Shown: positions 30,974 to 40,587, numbered from the stretch's first letter. The stretch is DNA of 64,000 nt from a candidate division FCPU426 bacterium (GCA_963771075.1 CAVYSE010000016.1:1-64000); one strand, 5' to 3'. Numbers and translations: made by a program. The notes: generated by a model not told the origin, from the letters alone.

Positions 30974-32525
30974 TTTGATTTTCGTCCATTTCCGTGAAGA
31001 CCTTCGGGAAAATTCCCAGTCCATGATGGACGGCCACACCCAGGATACCACCCACGAGAGCCCCCGTGATGCCGTGGTTGTAAACATCCGTGCCAACCAA
31101 AGCCAGGCCTTTCACGGGGGTCCTGGGCCCCAGGGATTTCAAAGCATACCTGCGGGGGACCGCTGGAAAACCGTAAATTCCGCCTTTCCGGTGCCCGGTG
31201 AAATGCTCGATGGAAAGGGGTGTGGAAAGCTCGGCGTATTTCACTTCCGAACGGAACCCGGGAATCCGCTTTTCCACGAAATCCAACAGGCTCTCGGCGA
31301 TTGTTTTCTTTAACGCGTCATAGCCGGGGCCCCGGTTCATCCATCTTCCCTTTTTCCATTCCTCGAAAACCTCATAGTCCATCGCGGTGATAATTTCAGC
31401 CGTTGGTTTTGGGGCCGTGGGGTCTTTCAGGCCGGGGAAGGAGAGGTAGCAGAAAGACGGTTTACCCTCCGCCAATTCATTCCTCCGGTCCCATATGGAA
31501 TCCTGGTCGATCCCGTCGTAAATCCAGAAGTTCTGCCCATGTACGCCCAGGTGGGCGCAATCGGATTTCAACCCCAGGTACAAGATCACCACGCTGAAGG
31601 GCGACGCCAAGGTTATTTCCCTCAATTCCTCCGGGGCCAGGGTTCCCTCCGGGAGAAGGTCGCGGTAGGTGGCCCCGGCGCCGATATTCGAATAGATTTC
31701 GGGGGCCCTGATGATTTCGACACCCTTCCTGTTTTCCACCTGGACCCCGGTGGCCCTGCCCCCTTCCACCAAGACGCGGCTTACCCGGTTGCGAACTTTC
31801 AGTTCACCGCCCTTCTCCCGGACCAACCCGGCAACCGCCTGCGCGATCACGCGGGAGGATCCGACGGGATAATAGCCTCCCTCCAGGTAATGTTTGGCGT
31901 TGGCGGAATGCACACCGAAACTGGCTAATTTCGGCGGCAACCCGTAATCTCCCCATTGGAAAGCCAGGAGGCCTTTCAATTTCTCATCCTGGAAATGGGC
32001 GTTCAGGTAATCCCCGAAGGTCTGGCTGGCTAGCTCGCGGCATTTCTGGTAGGAAAAATTCGTTCCAAGCATTTTCGAGGAAGGAATATAGCGGCCGATC
32101 AGGTTTTCGGCGGTGAAAACCATGTCCCTGAAATACAGTTCAAGGTTTTCCGATTCGGGGGGGAAAAGACCTTTCAACTTTTGAAGGAAATTCTGGGCGC
32201 CGGAAGGAATATCCACCCGCATGTCCGGAAAGAGGACGGCCTCGAAAGGGTCCCTCATCTTGGCCCACTTCACCTGGTTTCCGGTGATGAAATCCATGGC
32301 GGACCTTAAGGGGCTACCGGGGTTCATTTCCCCCACGTAATGGAGCCCCACGTCCCATCGGTACCCGCCGGGTCGCTCGAAAGTATGGGTGAACCCTCCC
32401 AATTTGAAATGACTCTCCAGAACCAGAACCCGGTAGTTCTTGAGCCGGGCCAGCGCCGAGGCCGCGGTTAACCCGCCCATGCCCGAGCCGATGATGATGG
32501 CGTCATAGCCGTTTGGGTCCGCCAT
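30966..32525 (-). CDS. FAD-dependent oxidoreductase, retinol saturase / phytoene desaturase (CrtI) family
   Basis: IIIGSGMGGL, GGFTHTF...RWDVGLHYVG, GGYYPVG, STPLSIEHFTG..GGIYG, RTPVKGL. Confidence 0.88.
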   Translation of the reverse strand: MADPNGYDAIIIGSGMGGLTAASALARLKNYRVLVLESHFKLGGFTHTFERPGGYRWDVGLHYVGEMNPGSPLRSAMDFITGNQVKWAKMRDPFEAVLFPDMRVDIPSGAQNFLQKLKGLFPPESENLELYFRDMVFTAENLIGRYIPSSKMLGTNFSYQKCRELASQTFGDYLNAHFQDEKLKGLLAFQWGDYGLPPKLASFGVHSANAKHYLEGGYYPVGSSRVIAQAVAGLVREKGGELKVRNRVSRVLVEGGRATGVQVENRKGVEIIRAPEIYSNIGAGATYRDLLPEGTLAPEELREITLASPFSVVILYLGLKSDCAHLGVHGQNFWIYDGIDQDSIWDRRNELAEGKPSFCYLSFPGLKDPTAPKPTAEIITAMDYEVFEEWKKGRWMNRGPGYDALKKTIAESLLDFVEKRIPGFRSEVKYAELSTPLSIEHFTGHRKGGIYGFPAVPRRYALKSLGPRTPVKGLALVGTDVYNHGITGALVGGILGVAVHHGLGIFPKVFTEMDENQNG

Positions 32526-32527
32526 CC

Positions 32528-33967
32528 TCACTCCCCCCCTTTTCCACAGGCCTGGAGAGGCTTACGCACCTCGAGAAAGACGTTCACGCCCGTGGCTTCC
32601 GTCATGCTGGCGCAGGATTCCGCGGGCGCCGCGTCGGGCTTCAGGGTGGCCATTTGGCCCCCATTCCGGTAGATCAAATGCCACTCCATGAAACTTTCCA
32701 TGACGTTTTGGACGGGGTTGGAGGGCGTGACATTGGTCGCCAGCAAAAGGCCGCCGGGTTCCAACCTGTCGTAAAAATAATTCATCATCCGTTTACAAAT
32801 CCGGTCCTCCAGGTAATCAAACAATCCCGCGCAGTAGATCAGGTGGTAGGTTTTTCCCGGGAGTCCGGGAGGTGGGCTGAAGGATTCCTTGAGGATATGG
32901 TTCACCGATTTCTTGATGAGGCGGATCGACGTTTCCCTTTTGTGCAGGGTTTTCAGGTCATCCAACTTTCGGCTCGTGTGCTCCAGTGTCTCGTCGTTGA
33001 AATCCATCAGGTCGAATTCCGCGTGGTCGCTCAGGGGGGAGAGAGCGATGAATTCCTGGATCTCCTTCGCCGGCCCGCAACCCATATCCAGGATTCGGAT
33101 CTTCCTTTTTTCACGGACCGACCTTTCGGTTTCTTCTGTCAGGGTCTTTTTTAAGTGCTTGATGCGGTTTCGGTGGGCCTCGCAGGGCGGGGCGCTCAGG
33201 AAGAAGGTATTTAAAATTTTCGCGAAGAGGGACGATCCCTCAAAGGGTTCCCGCAGCATCATGTTCACCATCTCATAATCCCCGGCGTATCCCAGGGGTT
33301 TCTGGAAACTCCGGTAGACGAAGGGGGAGCAAAGGACCAGGGGATGGATCTGACGGCGGCTGTAGGAGCGGTGGATCAGGTGGAGATCCGCCGGGATTGC
33401 GGAGAGGGTCTGCTCGAACCGCTCGAACAGGGACCCCACCGCGGGCACGACCGAATCTTTTAATTCCAGGATCGCGTCTTTTTCGATGAGGGATCGGTCG
33501 GCGGATGGCTCCGACTGGATGCCTATTTCCACTTGTTCCAGCCAGCGCCGCATGTCCATTAGATAAGTCTGCATATCCGCGATCACGACCTTCAAGTGAT
33601 CGGAAACGTGGTGGATCTTTTCCCATTCCTTGAGGAAGGCGGAGAACTCATCCTTTAGCCTGTCCTTTTGGTGGATAGAGGAAAAGAGGTCGATATCCAG
33701 CCAGCTGTCCTCCAAAGTGCATTCGGAAATCAGAAGGATCCCGGTATTGACGAGGTTACTGACCACCGCCCGGCCCGAGTAAACCATCCGGTCATTCATG
33801 ATGATCCTGAAGTCGGTCAGGACCTCGGATAATTGGACAATGCTGTAAGGGTTATAGACTTCAAAAACCACCGTATAGCGGGTGAGCCGAAGCAAGGTGG
33901 CGTGGAATTCCGTACCCTGGCTATTGCGGCAAACAAGGATGGTGTCTTTACTCGTGATAATAGCCAT
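32528..33967 (-). CDS. phcB: PhcB-like SAM-dependent methyltransferase (3-hydroxy fatty acid methyl ester signal synthase family)
   Basis: SPFVYRSFQKPLGYAGDYEMVNMM, AHRNRI, ILDMGCGPA, IYCAGLFDYL, MEWHLIYR, as I recall them from PhcB homologues; context upstream of PhcS/PhcR-like genes. Confidence 0.78.
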   Translation of the reverse strand: MAIITSKDTILVCRNSQGTEFHATLLRLTRYTVVFEVYNPYSIVQLSEVLTDFRIIMNDRMVYSGRAVVSNLVNTGILLISECTLEDSWLDIDLFSSIHQKDRLKDEFSAFLKEWEKIHHVSDHLKVVIADMQTYLMDMRRWLEQVEIGIQSEPSADRSLIEKDAILELKDSVVPAVGSLFERFEQTLSAIPADLHLIHRSYSRRQIHPLVLCSPFVYRSFQKPLGYAGDYEMVNMMLREPFEGSSLFAKILNTFFLSAPPCEAHRNRIKHLKKTLTEETERSVREKRKIRILDMGCGPAKEIQEFIALSPLSDHAEFDLMDFNDETLEHTSRKLDDLKTLHKRETSIRLIKKSVNHILKESFSPPPGLPGKTYHLIYCAGLFDYLEDRICKRMMNYFYDRLEPGGLLLATNVTPSNPVQNVMESFMEWHLIYRNGGQMATLKPDAAPAESCASMTEATGVNVFLEVRKPLQACGKGGE

Positions 33968-34039
33968 TGGCCACTTTCTTATGAAAATTCCGCTTCATGC
34001 GTTCGGGTCATAAACTCCCAAGCTTAACGTCTTATTCCC

Positions 34040-34771
34040 CTAAAGGTTCAAGAGCGCTTCCTCACCCCAATCACAAAGAGGGTATTGGAGGTGATCGTGA
34101 TCAGGGTTGTAGGCCACGAGGGCCATGCAGTATCCCTCCGGGTCCGGGTCCGGTACAAAAAACTCCCAAGGACCCAGGCGGGAGCGGCTTTGGATGGGCA
34201 GGGGGACCGTCAAACGGCGAAAGACGGAACCCAATCCGATCCCAAGCGCCTTCCCATAGGCCTCCTTCATCGTGAAGATCCTGAAAAAAAACAAGGGCTG
34301 GGACCCTGAAGGTTGGGTAAACAAGTATTCCTTTTCTTCAGGTGTAAAAAAACGCTCCGCGAGACGCCTCCAACCCGGCCGGGCCTGGGGATCGGCTTTT
34401 TCCACGTCGATACCGACCGGGGTCCAACCGACGGAACAGACCATCCTTCCTGCGGTGTGGGCGAGGTTGAATTGAAGGTTTGAGCCCGCCAGGGTTGGTT
34501 TACCCCTTGGGTTTCGGATAAACCTCAAGGAGGATTCCTCCTGGTGAAGATAACCCGCTAGGATCCGGCGAAGAAACAATCGGGACAATAGAAATTCCCT
34601 TCTCCGCTCATCCGGCCGGATAAGGGAATACTCAACCTGCTCCTCCCTGGGAAGGAGGCCCAATCCGCGCGATTTGGAACACCCGGAATCATCCTCCCAG
34701 TCGAGGACATGAATGTGGATTTCGCCGACTCGAATCGCCTGGATCGTTTCCTCGCCGTGATTAACCAACAT
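34040..34771 (-). CDS. Sfp-type 4'-phosphopantetheinyl transferase
   Basis: GKP, FNLAHT, VGIDVE, FTMKEAYGKALGIG. Confidence 0.92.
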   Translation of the reverse strand: MLVNHGEETIQAIRVGEIHIHVLDWEDDSGCSKSRGLGLLPREEQVEYSLIRPDERRREFLLSRLFLRRILAGYLHQEESSLRFIRNPRGKPTLAGSNLQFNLAHTAGRMVCSVGWTPVGIDVEKADPQARPGWRRLAERFFTPEEKEYLFTQPSGSQPLFFFRIFTMKEAYGKALGIGLGSVFRRLTVPLPIQSRSRLGPWEFFVPDPDPEGYCMALVAYNPDHDHLQYPLCDWGEEALLNL

Positions 34772-34842
34772 CTAGCGTCCCTCCCGTTGCCCGCGACGGC
34801 TCACTCCCGAAGGACGGATTTTGGGGACCGACCCTTTCTTTC

Positions 34843-35562
34843 TCATCCGGCACCGCCGTCCAAAACGATCACGCCACCGTTCAAATAGTCCGGAGCCTCC
34901 CCCGCAAGGAAAAGAACAACCCGGGCGACCTCCTCGGGTCGGCAAAACCGGCGCAAGGGCACGGTTTGGAGAAGGACCTCCCTGGCCTGGGGCGTCATTT
35001 TTTCGATCATGGGCGTCTCGACCCCGCCGGGGGCCACCACATTGGCGGTCACGCCGTAGGGCCCCGATTCCTTGGCGAGGGCTTTGGTGAACCCGATCAG
35101 GCCAGCCTTGGAGGCGGAATAATTAGTCTGGCCGGGAAGGCCGTGCAGGCCGGAAACGGAGGAAAGGTTGATGATCCGCCCCTTTTTCTTTTTCATCATG
35201 TCCGTGGCGAACCGCCGCGTCAGGTGGAAGACTCCCTTGAGGTTGGTGTCCAAAACCCGCGACCAATCCTCGTCCGTCATGGCGAATAGGGGTTTGTCCC
35301 GGGTGATGCCCGCGTTGTTCACCAGCACGTCGATGTTCTTTTCTTCCCCCAGGACCTCTTTATAAAACCCGTCGCAGGCCTCCCGGTCCGCCACATCCAG
35401 CCGGTGGGCCTTTGCCTGTCCCGCGAAGCGGGTTTCCAGTTCCCGGGCCGCGGCCTCATTCGAAAGGAAGGTGAAATGCACCCTCCAACCGGCGGAAGCG
35501 AAGGTTTCCACCATGCTTTTCCCGATCCCCGAGGACCCGCCCGACAGGACGATCTTCCTCAT
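34843..35562 (-). CDS. fabG: 3-oxoacyl-ACP reductase (FabG-like SDR)
   Basis: SGGSSGIG, VNNAGITRD, GQTNYSASKAG. Start MRKIVL forms an ATGA overlap with the dehydratase stop. Confidence 0.92.
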   Translation of the reverse strand: MRKIVLSGGSSGIGKSMVETFASAGWRVHFTFLSNEAAARELETRFAGQAKAHRLDVADREACDGFYKEVLGEEKNIDVLVNNAGITRDKPLFAMTDEDWSRVLDTNLKGVFHLTRRFATDMMKKKKGRIINLSSVSGLHGLPGQTNYSASKAGLIGFTKALAKESGPYGVTANVVAPGGVETPMIEKMTPQAREVLLQTVPLRRFCRPEEVARVVLFLAGEAPDYLNGGVIVLDGGAG

Positions 35563-36026
35563 GATGTGGGAATTCTTAATTTGCCGAACAAAAGTTTCCC
35601 GGTCGCCGCCACTTCCCCGGCCACGTAGCACTTGCCCTCGACGATGCGGTTGGTGTCGGCTGTCTTGGTGATCCTCACGTGGGTTTCCAGCCGGTCGCCC
35701 GGGGTGATGGGCCTCATGAAATGGAAATCCAAAACCGCACCCATGACGTCGAATAAGCCCCCATGCCCTATTCCCTCGGCCTGTTCCGTCAGCCGGACCA
35801 GGATAGCGGCCGACTGGGCGAAGCATTCGATGGTCAGGACCCCTGGGAAGATGGGGGCTTCCGGAAAGTGGCCCTGGAAATGGATTTCGTTGGCCGTGAT
35901 GTTCTTGATCGCCTTCAGGGTTCCCCCCTTTTCCCACGACAGGACCCGGTCGACCATCAGCATCGGAAAGCGCTGTTTCAGAAAATCCAGCACCGGCAGG
36001 TCCGGGTTTAAGGCCTTATCCGGCAT
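35559..36026 (-). CDS. fabZ: 3-hydroxyacyl-ACP dehydratase (FabZ-like)
   Basis: QRFPMLMVDRV, FQGHFPEAPIFPGVLTIECFAQ. Confidence 0.9.
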   Translation of the reverse strand: MPDKALNPDLPVLDFLKQRFPMLMVDRVLSWEKGGTLKAIKNITANEIHFQGHFPEAPIFPGVLTIECFAQSAAILVRLTEQAEGIGHGGLFDVMGAVLDFHFMRPITPGDRLETHVRITKTADTNRIVEGKCYVAGEVAATGKLLFGKLRIPTS

Positions 36027-36264
36027 GGAGGAGCCCTTCGATCACCTTGGAGGCCTTCTCCACCGTGATCATGTTCACCAACAGGTCCGGCTCGATCATG
36101 ACGTTGAATTCGGTTTCCAACTTGGCCAAAAATTCCAGGGCCCTCATCGAGTCGTATTTGGCCATCTCGGGAAACGGCTTGTCATCCGTCACCGATACCT
36201 CCGGGACATCGAACATTCCGGAGATGATTCCCTTGATCTTTCCCTTGATTTCCGTCGTTTCCAT
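36016..36264 (-). CDS. Acyl carrier protein
   Basis: 82 aa, acidic, YDSMRALEF motif (phosphopantetheine-attachment Ser), LETEFNV. Confidence 0.9.
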   Translation of the reverse strand: METTEIKGKIKGIISGMFDVPEVSVTDDKPFPEMAKYDSMRALEFLAKLETEFNVMIEPDLLVNMITVEKASKVIEGLLHAG

Positions 36265-37158
36265 TTAACCCTTTCCTTTCCCGGCGCTTAATTTCACCAG
36301 CGTCACCCTGCGCTCCTCGGCCGCCATCGAAGCGACAACACCGGAAGGCCTGCCTGAGGATAAAAAATCCTCCAATGCCTTCCTCCCTCCCATGCCCTGC
36401 TCCCGGGCGGGATCGCCGGCGGCCCCACGTGAAATTCCATCCGGAAGGAATGGACCCAGGGGGGAGCCTTCGGGAAGGGCCGCCCACTCCACCCCTCCCC
36501 AAAAATCGTCCAACCGGCTCCGGAAAGGAAGGGGAATGGTTCCATCCCGCTTCCATTGGATGGAAAGGAAGTCTTCCACGCCAAAAGAGGTGCCGCTTGA
36601 TTCCTCCCCCGTCCCCAGAAATAGGATGGCGCCATCCCCGACCGGGGCGGAAGCCCGCAGGAAATTGGGTATTTTTTCCGCCGCTCCCACCAGGCACCGT
36701 TGAAAAAGCCCACTGTTCAAGCCCTCCCATGCGAAACCCAGGGCGTCCAGGAGCGAGGTCCCGCCGTTGGTCAGGGTGACATTCGGCCCCTTGAGCTGGA
36801 GCCAAATGCCGATACGGCTTCCCGCCGCGTTGGCAACGGTATTGGGAAAATCCATGGGATTGACGGTGTTGGGGCCTTTGAGGAGGGCCTGCTGATCGAA
36901 CGCCACGGAGCTTTCCAAGGCCCCGAAGCCGGTACCCAGAACCACCGCACAATGGCGGCGGGCATCCGCTTCAAGGGGTTGGCTTGCGCTGTCCAGCGCT
37001 TTCTTTGCCGCCATACCCGCCATCAGGGAGAGGGGGTCGATGTATTTGGGGGAAAGCTCGGGGAATAATTCCTGGAAGAGAATCGGGAGGGATTCCTCCC
37101 CCGTCCCATTCACTCCCAAAAGGATTTCCCCCTTGCCCAAGATGAACAATGGTCGCAA
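36265..37158 (-). CDS. Non-catalytic ketosynthase-like protein (chain-length-factor-like)
   Basis: KS N-terminal features (VVLGTGFG, NPMDFPNTVANAAGSRIGI, KGPNVTL), but TNGGTS replaces the active-site NACAS; truncated C-terminal domain. Confidence 0.78.
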   Translation of the reverse strand: MRPLFILGKGEILLGVNGTGEESLPILFQELFPELSPKYIDPLSLMAGMAAKKALDSASQPLEADARRHCAVVLGTGFGALESSVAFDQQALLKGPNTVNPMDFPNTVANAAGSRIGIWLQLKGPNVTLTNGGTSLLDALGFAWEGLNSGLFQRCLVGAAEKIPNFLRASAPVGDGAILFLGTGEESSGTSFGVEDFLSIQWKRDGTIPLPFRSRLDDFWGGVEWAALPEGSPLGPFLPDGISRGAAGDPAREQGMGGRKALEDFLSSGRPSGVVASMAAEERRVTLVKLSAGKGKG

Positions 37159-37167
37159 CGAAGCCCC

Positions 37168-38379
37168 CTATTTCTTCAGGACTAGGCAGGAGGTGTTCCC
37201 GCCGAAGGCAAAGGAGTTCGAAACAGCGACCTTGCCCGTGAAGGGTCTGGATCGGTTTGGCACGCAGTCCTCGACGCAGTCCGCGTCGGGGTTCTCCCAA
37301 TTGATGGTGGGAAGCAGCGTGCCCCGTTCCAGGCTCAGGCAGGTCATGACCGCCTCAATGGCGCTGGCGGCCCCCATGGTATGGCCGATCATGGATTTGA
37401 TGGAAGAAACGGGAATGGCGCGATCAGCGCCGAATATTTTTTTGATGGCGATGGATTCGGTCTTGTCATTGGCGGGGGTACCCGTTCCGTGGGCCGAGAT
37501 GTAGTCTACTTCACGGGGTGTGAGTCGGGCATCGTTCAACGCCTTTTGCAAGCTGTCAAAGGCGCCCTCCCCCTCGGGATGGGGGGCGGTCATGTGGTGG
37601 GCATCCATTCCCAAGCCGTAACCTGCGACCTCGCAATAGATATGGGCTCCCCGGGTCAAGGCCCTCCCCTTTTCTTCCAGGAGGAGGACTCCAACACCCT
37701 CGCTCACCACCAACCCTTTCCGGTTCTTCGAAAAGGGCCGGCACTTGTCCGGGGTCAGGGAAAGTAGCCGGTTGAACCCGGTGAAGGCGATCCGGGAAAA
37801 GGGATCCACCCCCCCGCACAGGGCCAGGTCCACCTGCCCCTGTCTGATTTGCTCCAGCCCCCAGCCAATGGCGTAATTGCCCGAGGCGCAGGCGTTGGAA
37901 AAGACCATCGACTTCCCGCCCAACCCCAAAAAATCCAGCACCGAGAAAGCAATATGGGATGCTTGCATTTTATGGAAACTTTCCGGATTCATTTCCCCCG
38001 ACCGGCCATTGGCCCTGAGCTCGGATAATTTCTCAACGAGCTGGACCTCGCCCATCGTGGTTCCAAAAAAACTTCCCACCCGGGCTGTTTCCATTTGAAT
38101 GGCGGGACCTCCCCCGTCCTGTAACGCCTCTTGCGCGGCAAGGATGGCCAATACGGAAGATCGCTCATACCTTCCTTGATTTTCCTGTTCAAAGGTTTTC
38201 AAGCGCCGGAGGTCCTTGATCTCACCCCCGATCTTGACCCGGTAAGGCGTCGGATCAAAGACTCGAACGGGGCCGATCCCCGATTGGCCTTCCACCATGG
38301 CTTTCCAAACGGCGGGGACCCCGTCCCCAAGGGGGCAAATGACCCCTAAACCAGTTACCACCGCTTCTCTGTGATTCAA
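37168..38379 (-). CDS. Beta-ketoacyl-ACP synthase (FabF / type II KS-alpha-like)
   Basis: VVTGLGVICPLG, SNACASG (Cys), AHGTGT and GHTMGA (His-His), SNSFAFGG; TTG start at 38379 after GGGAGG. Confidence 0.93.
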   Translation of the reverse strand: MNHREAVVTGLGVICPLGDGVPAVWKAMVEGQSGIGPVRVFDPTPYRVKIGGEIKDLRRLKTFEQENQGRYERSSVLAILAAQEALQDGGGPAIQMETARVGSFFGTTMGEVQLVEKLSELRANGRSGEMNPESFHKMQASHIAFSVLDFLGLGGKSMVFSNACASGNYAIGWGLEQIRQGQVDLALCGGVDPFSRIAFTGFNRLLSLTPDKCRPFSKNRKGLVVSEGVGVLLLEEKGRALTRGAHIYCEVAGYGLGMDAHHMTAPHPEGEGAFDSLQKALNDARLTPREVDYISAHGTGTPANDKTESIAIKKIFGADRAIPVSSIKSMIGHTMGAASAIEAVMTCLSLERGTLLPTINWENPDADCVEDCVPNRSRPFTGKVAVSNSFAFGGNTSCLVLKK

Positions 38380-38726
38380 AATAAATCCCTCCCGTCTACT
38401 TCCCGCTGCAACGGTAACAATTGACTTGATCAGGATTATCGATAAATACCGAGGGGTTATTCTTTTAACTTCATAAGAACGATTCATGAACGCCAATTTT
38501 GTTGCGCTTCTTTGATTATATGCGCGAATGCTCCGACCGGATAAATCAAGCGTGTAAAACGATATTTATAAAGCATTGATTAGAAAAAACTGTTGTATTT
38601 TTGTCCGATTTTGGCGGGTGGAAGCCTACAGGAAATAAAAAGGAAAACTTAAACCCTTCGGGGAGAAATCTGGAAAACCCGGAGGATCAAGGACCCATTC
38701 CCCGTTGAAAAGCCGCACGATAAATG

Positions 38727-39376
38727 TTAAATGGATTTGGATTTAGCGGGGCGCTTCGTCTGCCCGGAAAGTTGGATGTATCGTTGGAGTGTTCTCGGGC
38801 TTATTTCCAAGAGGGAGGCTAACGCCTCCCGTGGAAGATCGGTTTTATTGAGAATCAATACCAAAAACTGTTTAAAAAACAACCTTCGGGCCTGGGCCAA
38901 GCTGGTCTTTTGGTCGATACACCGTTTGACCTGCAAATTAACGAGCGAGGACAGTGGAGCGGGTCTTTTTTCCCAACGCGGTTCAAGGGATAAGAAAGCC
39001 TCCAGTTTGGACGCGAGGAGTTTCTCCTCCATCTGGCAGGAGAGGATATCGGCGAAACCCGATTTGATGGCCGAAACAACAAGTGATAATTGGGGGGGTA
39101 AACCAACGCGACCTTGACGCTCTGGGGCTGTAAATGGAATATCGTCTGGATGTCCCCCATCCCATCGTCGGATGGAAATTCCCATTGCAAAAGGAGCAGA
39201 TCAAAGTTTTGGATGTTGGCCGCTTCCAACGCTTCGTCGGAACTTTGAACCAATTGGATTTCGCCCAAGGGACGACAAGCCGCTTCAAGTTTTATTTGAA
39301 CCGTGTGATCGGTATGGAAAATGAGCATCTTTTTATTGGAATAGACCACTGGAATGCCTCCCATCACCCAATTCAA
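38727..39376 (-). CDS. Pseudo-receiver plus Fis-type HTH regulator, apparent frameshift
   Basis: REC-like N-part (EALEAANIQNFDLLLLQW; no acceptor Asp) joins YPPQLSLVVSAIKSGFADIL...ALASLLEISPRTLQRYI if one base is added to the G7 run at 39092-39098. Confidence 0.65.
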
Positions 39377-39440
39377 AGCTACCAGAAAACCGGGTGGAAA
39401 GGTATCGTTACGGCCCTGACCCGGGCAGAATTAACATCTT

Positions 39441-40580
39441 TTAAACGGCGCCGGACAAAAAGAGGGCAGAAAAGGAGGTTCCATGACCCCTTTTGCTGGA
39501 TACCTTTAAGAGGCCGCCGTAATTGACCATGATCCGGTGGCAAATGGCCAAACCCAATCCCGTGCCACCCATGCGGGTGGTGAAAAAGGGATCGAATATC
39601 TTTTGGATCTCCCTGGGGTCGATCCCCTTCCCGTCGTCTTTCACCGTCAGGCAGATGCCGGGATTTCCCCTTTTTCCCTTCGGGGCAGCCCGCTTGGCGG
39701 AGACCTGAATCGTACCTTTTTCGCCCACGGCTGAAATTGCGTTCTTGAGCAAATTCACTACCAAACTCTCGAATTGGACGGGGTCCACCTTTAGTTTCAA
39801 GCCGGGGTCGACCCTTAACTTGATCTGGATTTTTTTTCGACCCAAGCTGGGCCTGATCAATTGGTGGATCTGGCCAAGAGTTTCCTCCAGACAAACCACG
39901 TCGGGTGCCGGACTACCGCCCCTGGCGAACCTCAGACTTTGGTCCGTCAACAACTCAAGCCGGTCCAGTTCCTTGAGCATCAGGGATTGGAACGAATCCA
40001 TGAATGACGAGTCGTTCTTTTTGATCGGCAACAGTTGCACTAGGGTGCTCAAGGCCGTTAGGGGATTTCGAATCTCGTGGAACACCCCCGCGGAAAGAAA
40101 GCCAAGGGAAGATTGGCGGTCGGTCCTTTCGAGCATTTTCCAAAGTCGGCGATTCTCAAGCAGGTTGCCCAGAACCCAACCCAGGAATGGCAGGAAAGCC
40201 TCCGCCGGAATGGAACTCGAGGACCCGGGATTAACCTCCCCTCCCGCGGCGATACAACCGACCCACTCCTTTCCCCGAAAGACCGGATAGAGGCTGGACC
40301 CCGGGCCCAATCCGGGGTGAATTCCCCGGTTCAGCTTGAGGGTATTCCTCATTCGCCGGTAACTAGCGTGGGTAGGCTTGATCCGCACCTCATTTCCCAG
40401 CCAATTCCCCGTTAAGCCCTCGTCTGTTTTTTGGAGGTAGCCGAACGGAGGAAGATGAAACCGCTCCTCGAGGTAATGGCTCAAGGGAGTAAGATCCAGT
40501 TGGTTTTCGCCCTCCCCGTTCGGTGAAAATTCCAGGGGTGACGGAATTTCGGTGCCTCGGCGGCTCTTGACCTTTCCCAT
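39441..40580 (-). CDS. Cytoplasmic NtrB-like histidine kinase
   Basis: VFHEIRNPL, NLLKNAISA, DDGKGI, FDPFFTT, GTGLGL; no clear TM helix. Confidence 0.9.
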   Translation of the reverse strand: MGKVKSRRGTEIPSPLEFSPNGEGENQLDLTPLSHYLEERFHLPPFGYLQKTDEGLTGNWLGNEVRIKPTHASYRRMRNTLKLNRGIHPGLGPGSSLYPVFRGKEWVGCIAAGGEVNPGSSSSIPAEAFLPFLGWVLGNLLENRRLWKMLERTDRQSSLGFLSAGVFHEIRNPLTALSTLVQLLPIKKNDSSFMDSFQSLMLKELDRLELLTDQSLRFARGGSPAPDVVCLEETLGQIHQLIRPSLGRKKIQIKLRVDPGLKLKVDPVQFESLVVNLLKNAISAVGEKGTIQVSAKRAAPKGKRGNPGICLTVKDDGKGIDPREIQKIFDPFFTTRMGGTGLGLAICHRIMVNYGGLLKVSSKRGHGTSFSALFLSGAV

Positions 40581-40587
40581 GGAAACG

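Noticed and set aside
30966..32525. Carotenoid pathway suggested by the CrtI-like gene
   Set aside because: No phytoene synthase, GGPP synthase or cyclase nearby; the context is an acyl-ACP cluster.
35563..35937. Long N-terminal extensions in ORF-track calls (FabG; also the sensor kinase, KS and GYD protein)
   Set aside because: They overlap neighbouring genes or precede better start codons with coupling or Shine-Dalgarno support.
34040..38379. Housekeeping fab operon or canonical aryl polyene cluster
   Set aside because: Lacks plsX/fabH/fabD and has a divergent ACP plus a Cys-less KS; also lacks the aryl-ACP ligase, acyltransferase, glycosyltransferase and transport genes of ape clusters.
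38380..38726. Sigma54 promoter upstream of the KS gene
   Set aside because: TTGGCG on the minus strand has no TTGC at the right spacing; a TATAAT at 38515-38520 lacks a well-spaced -35.
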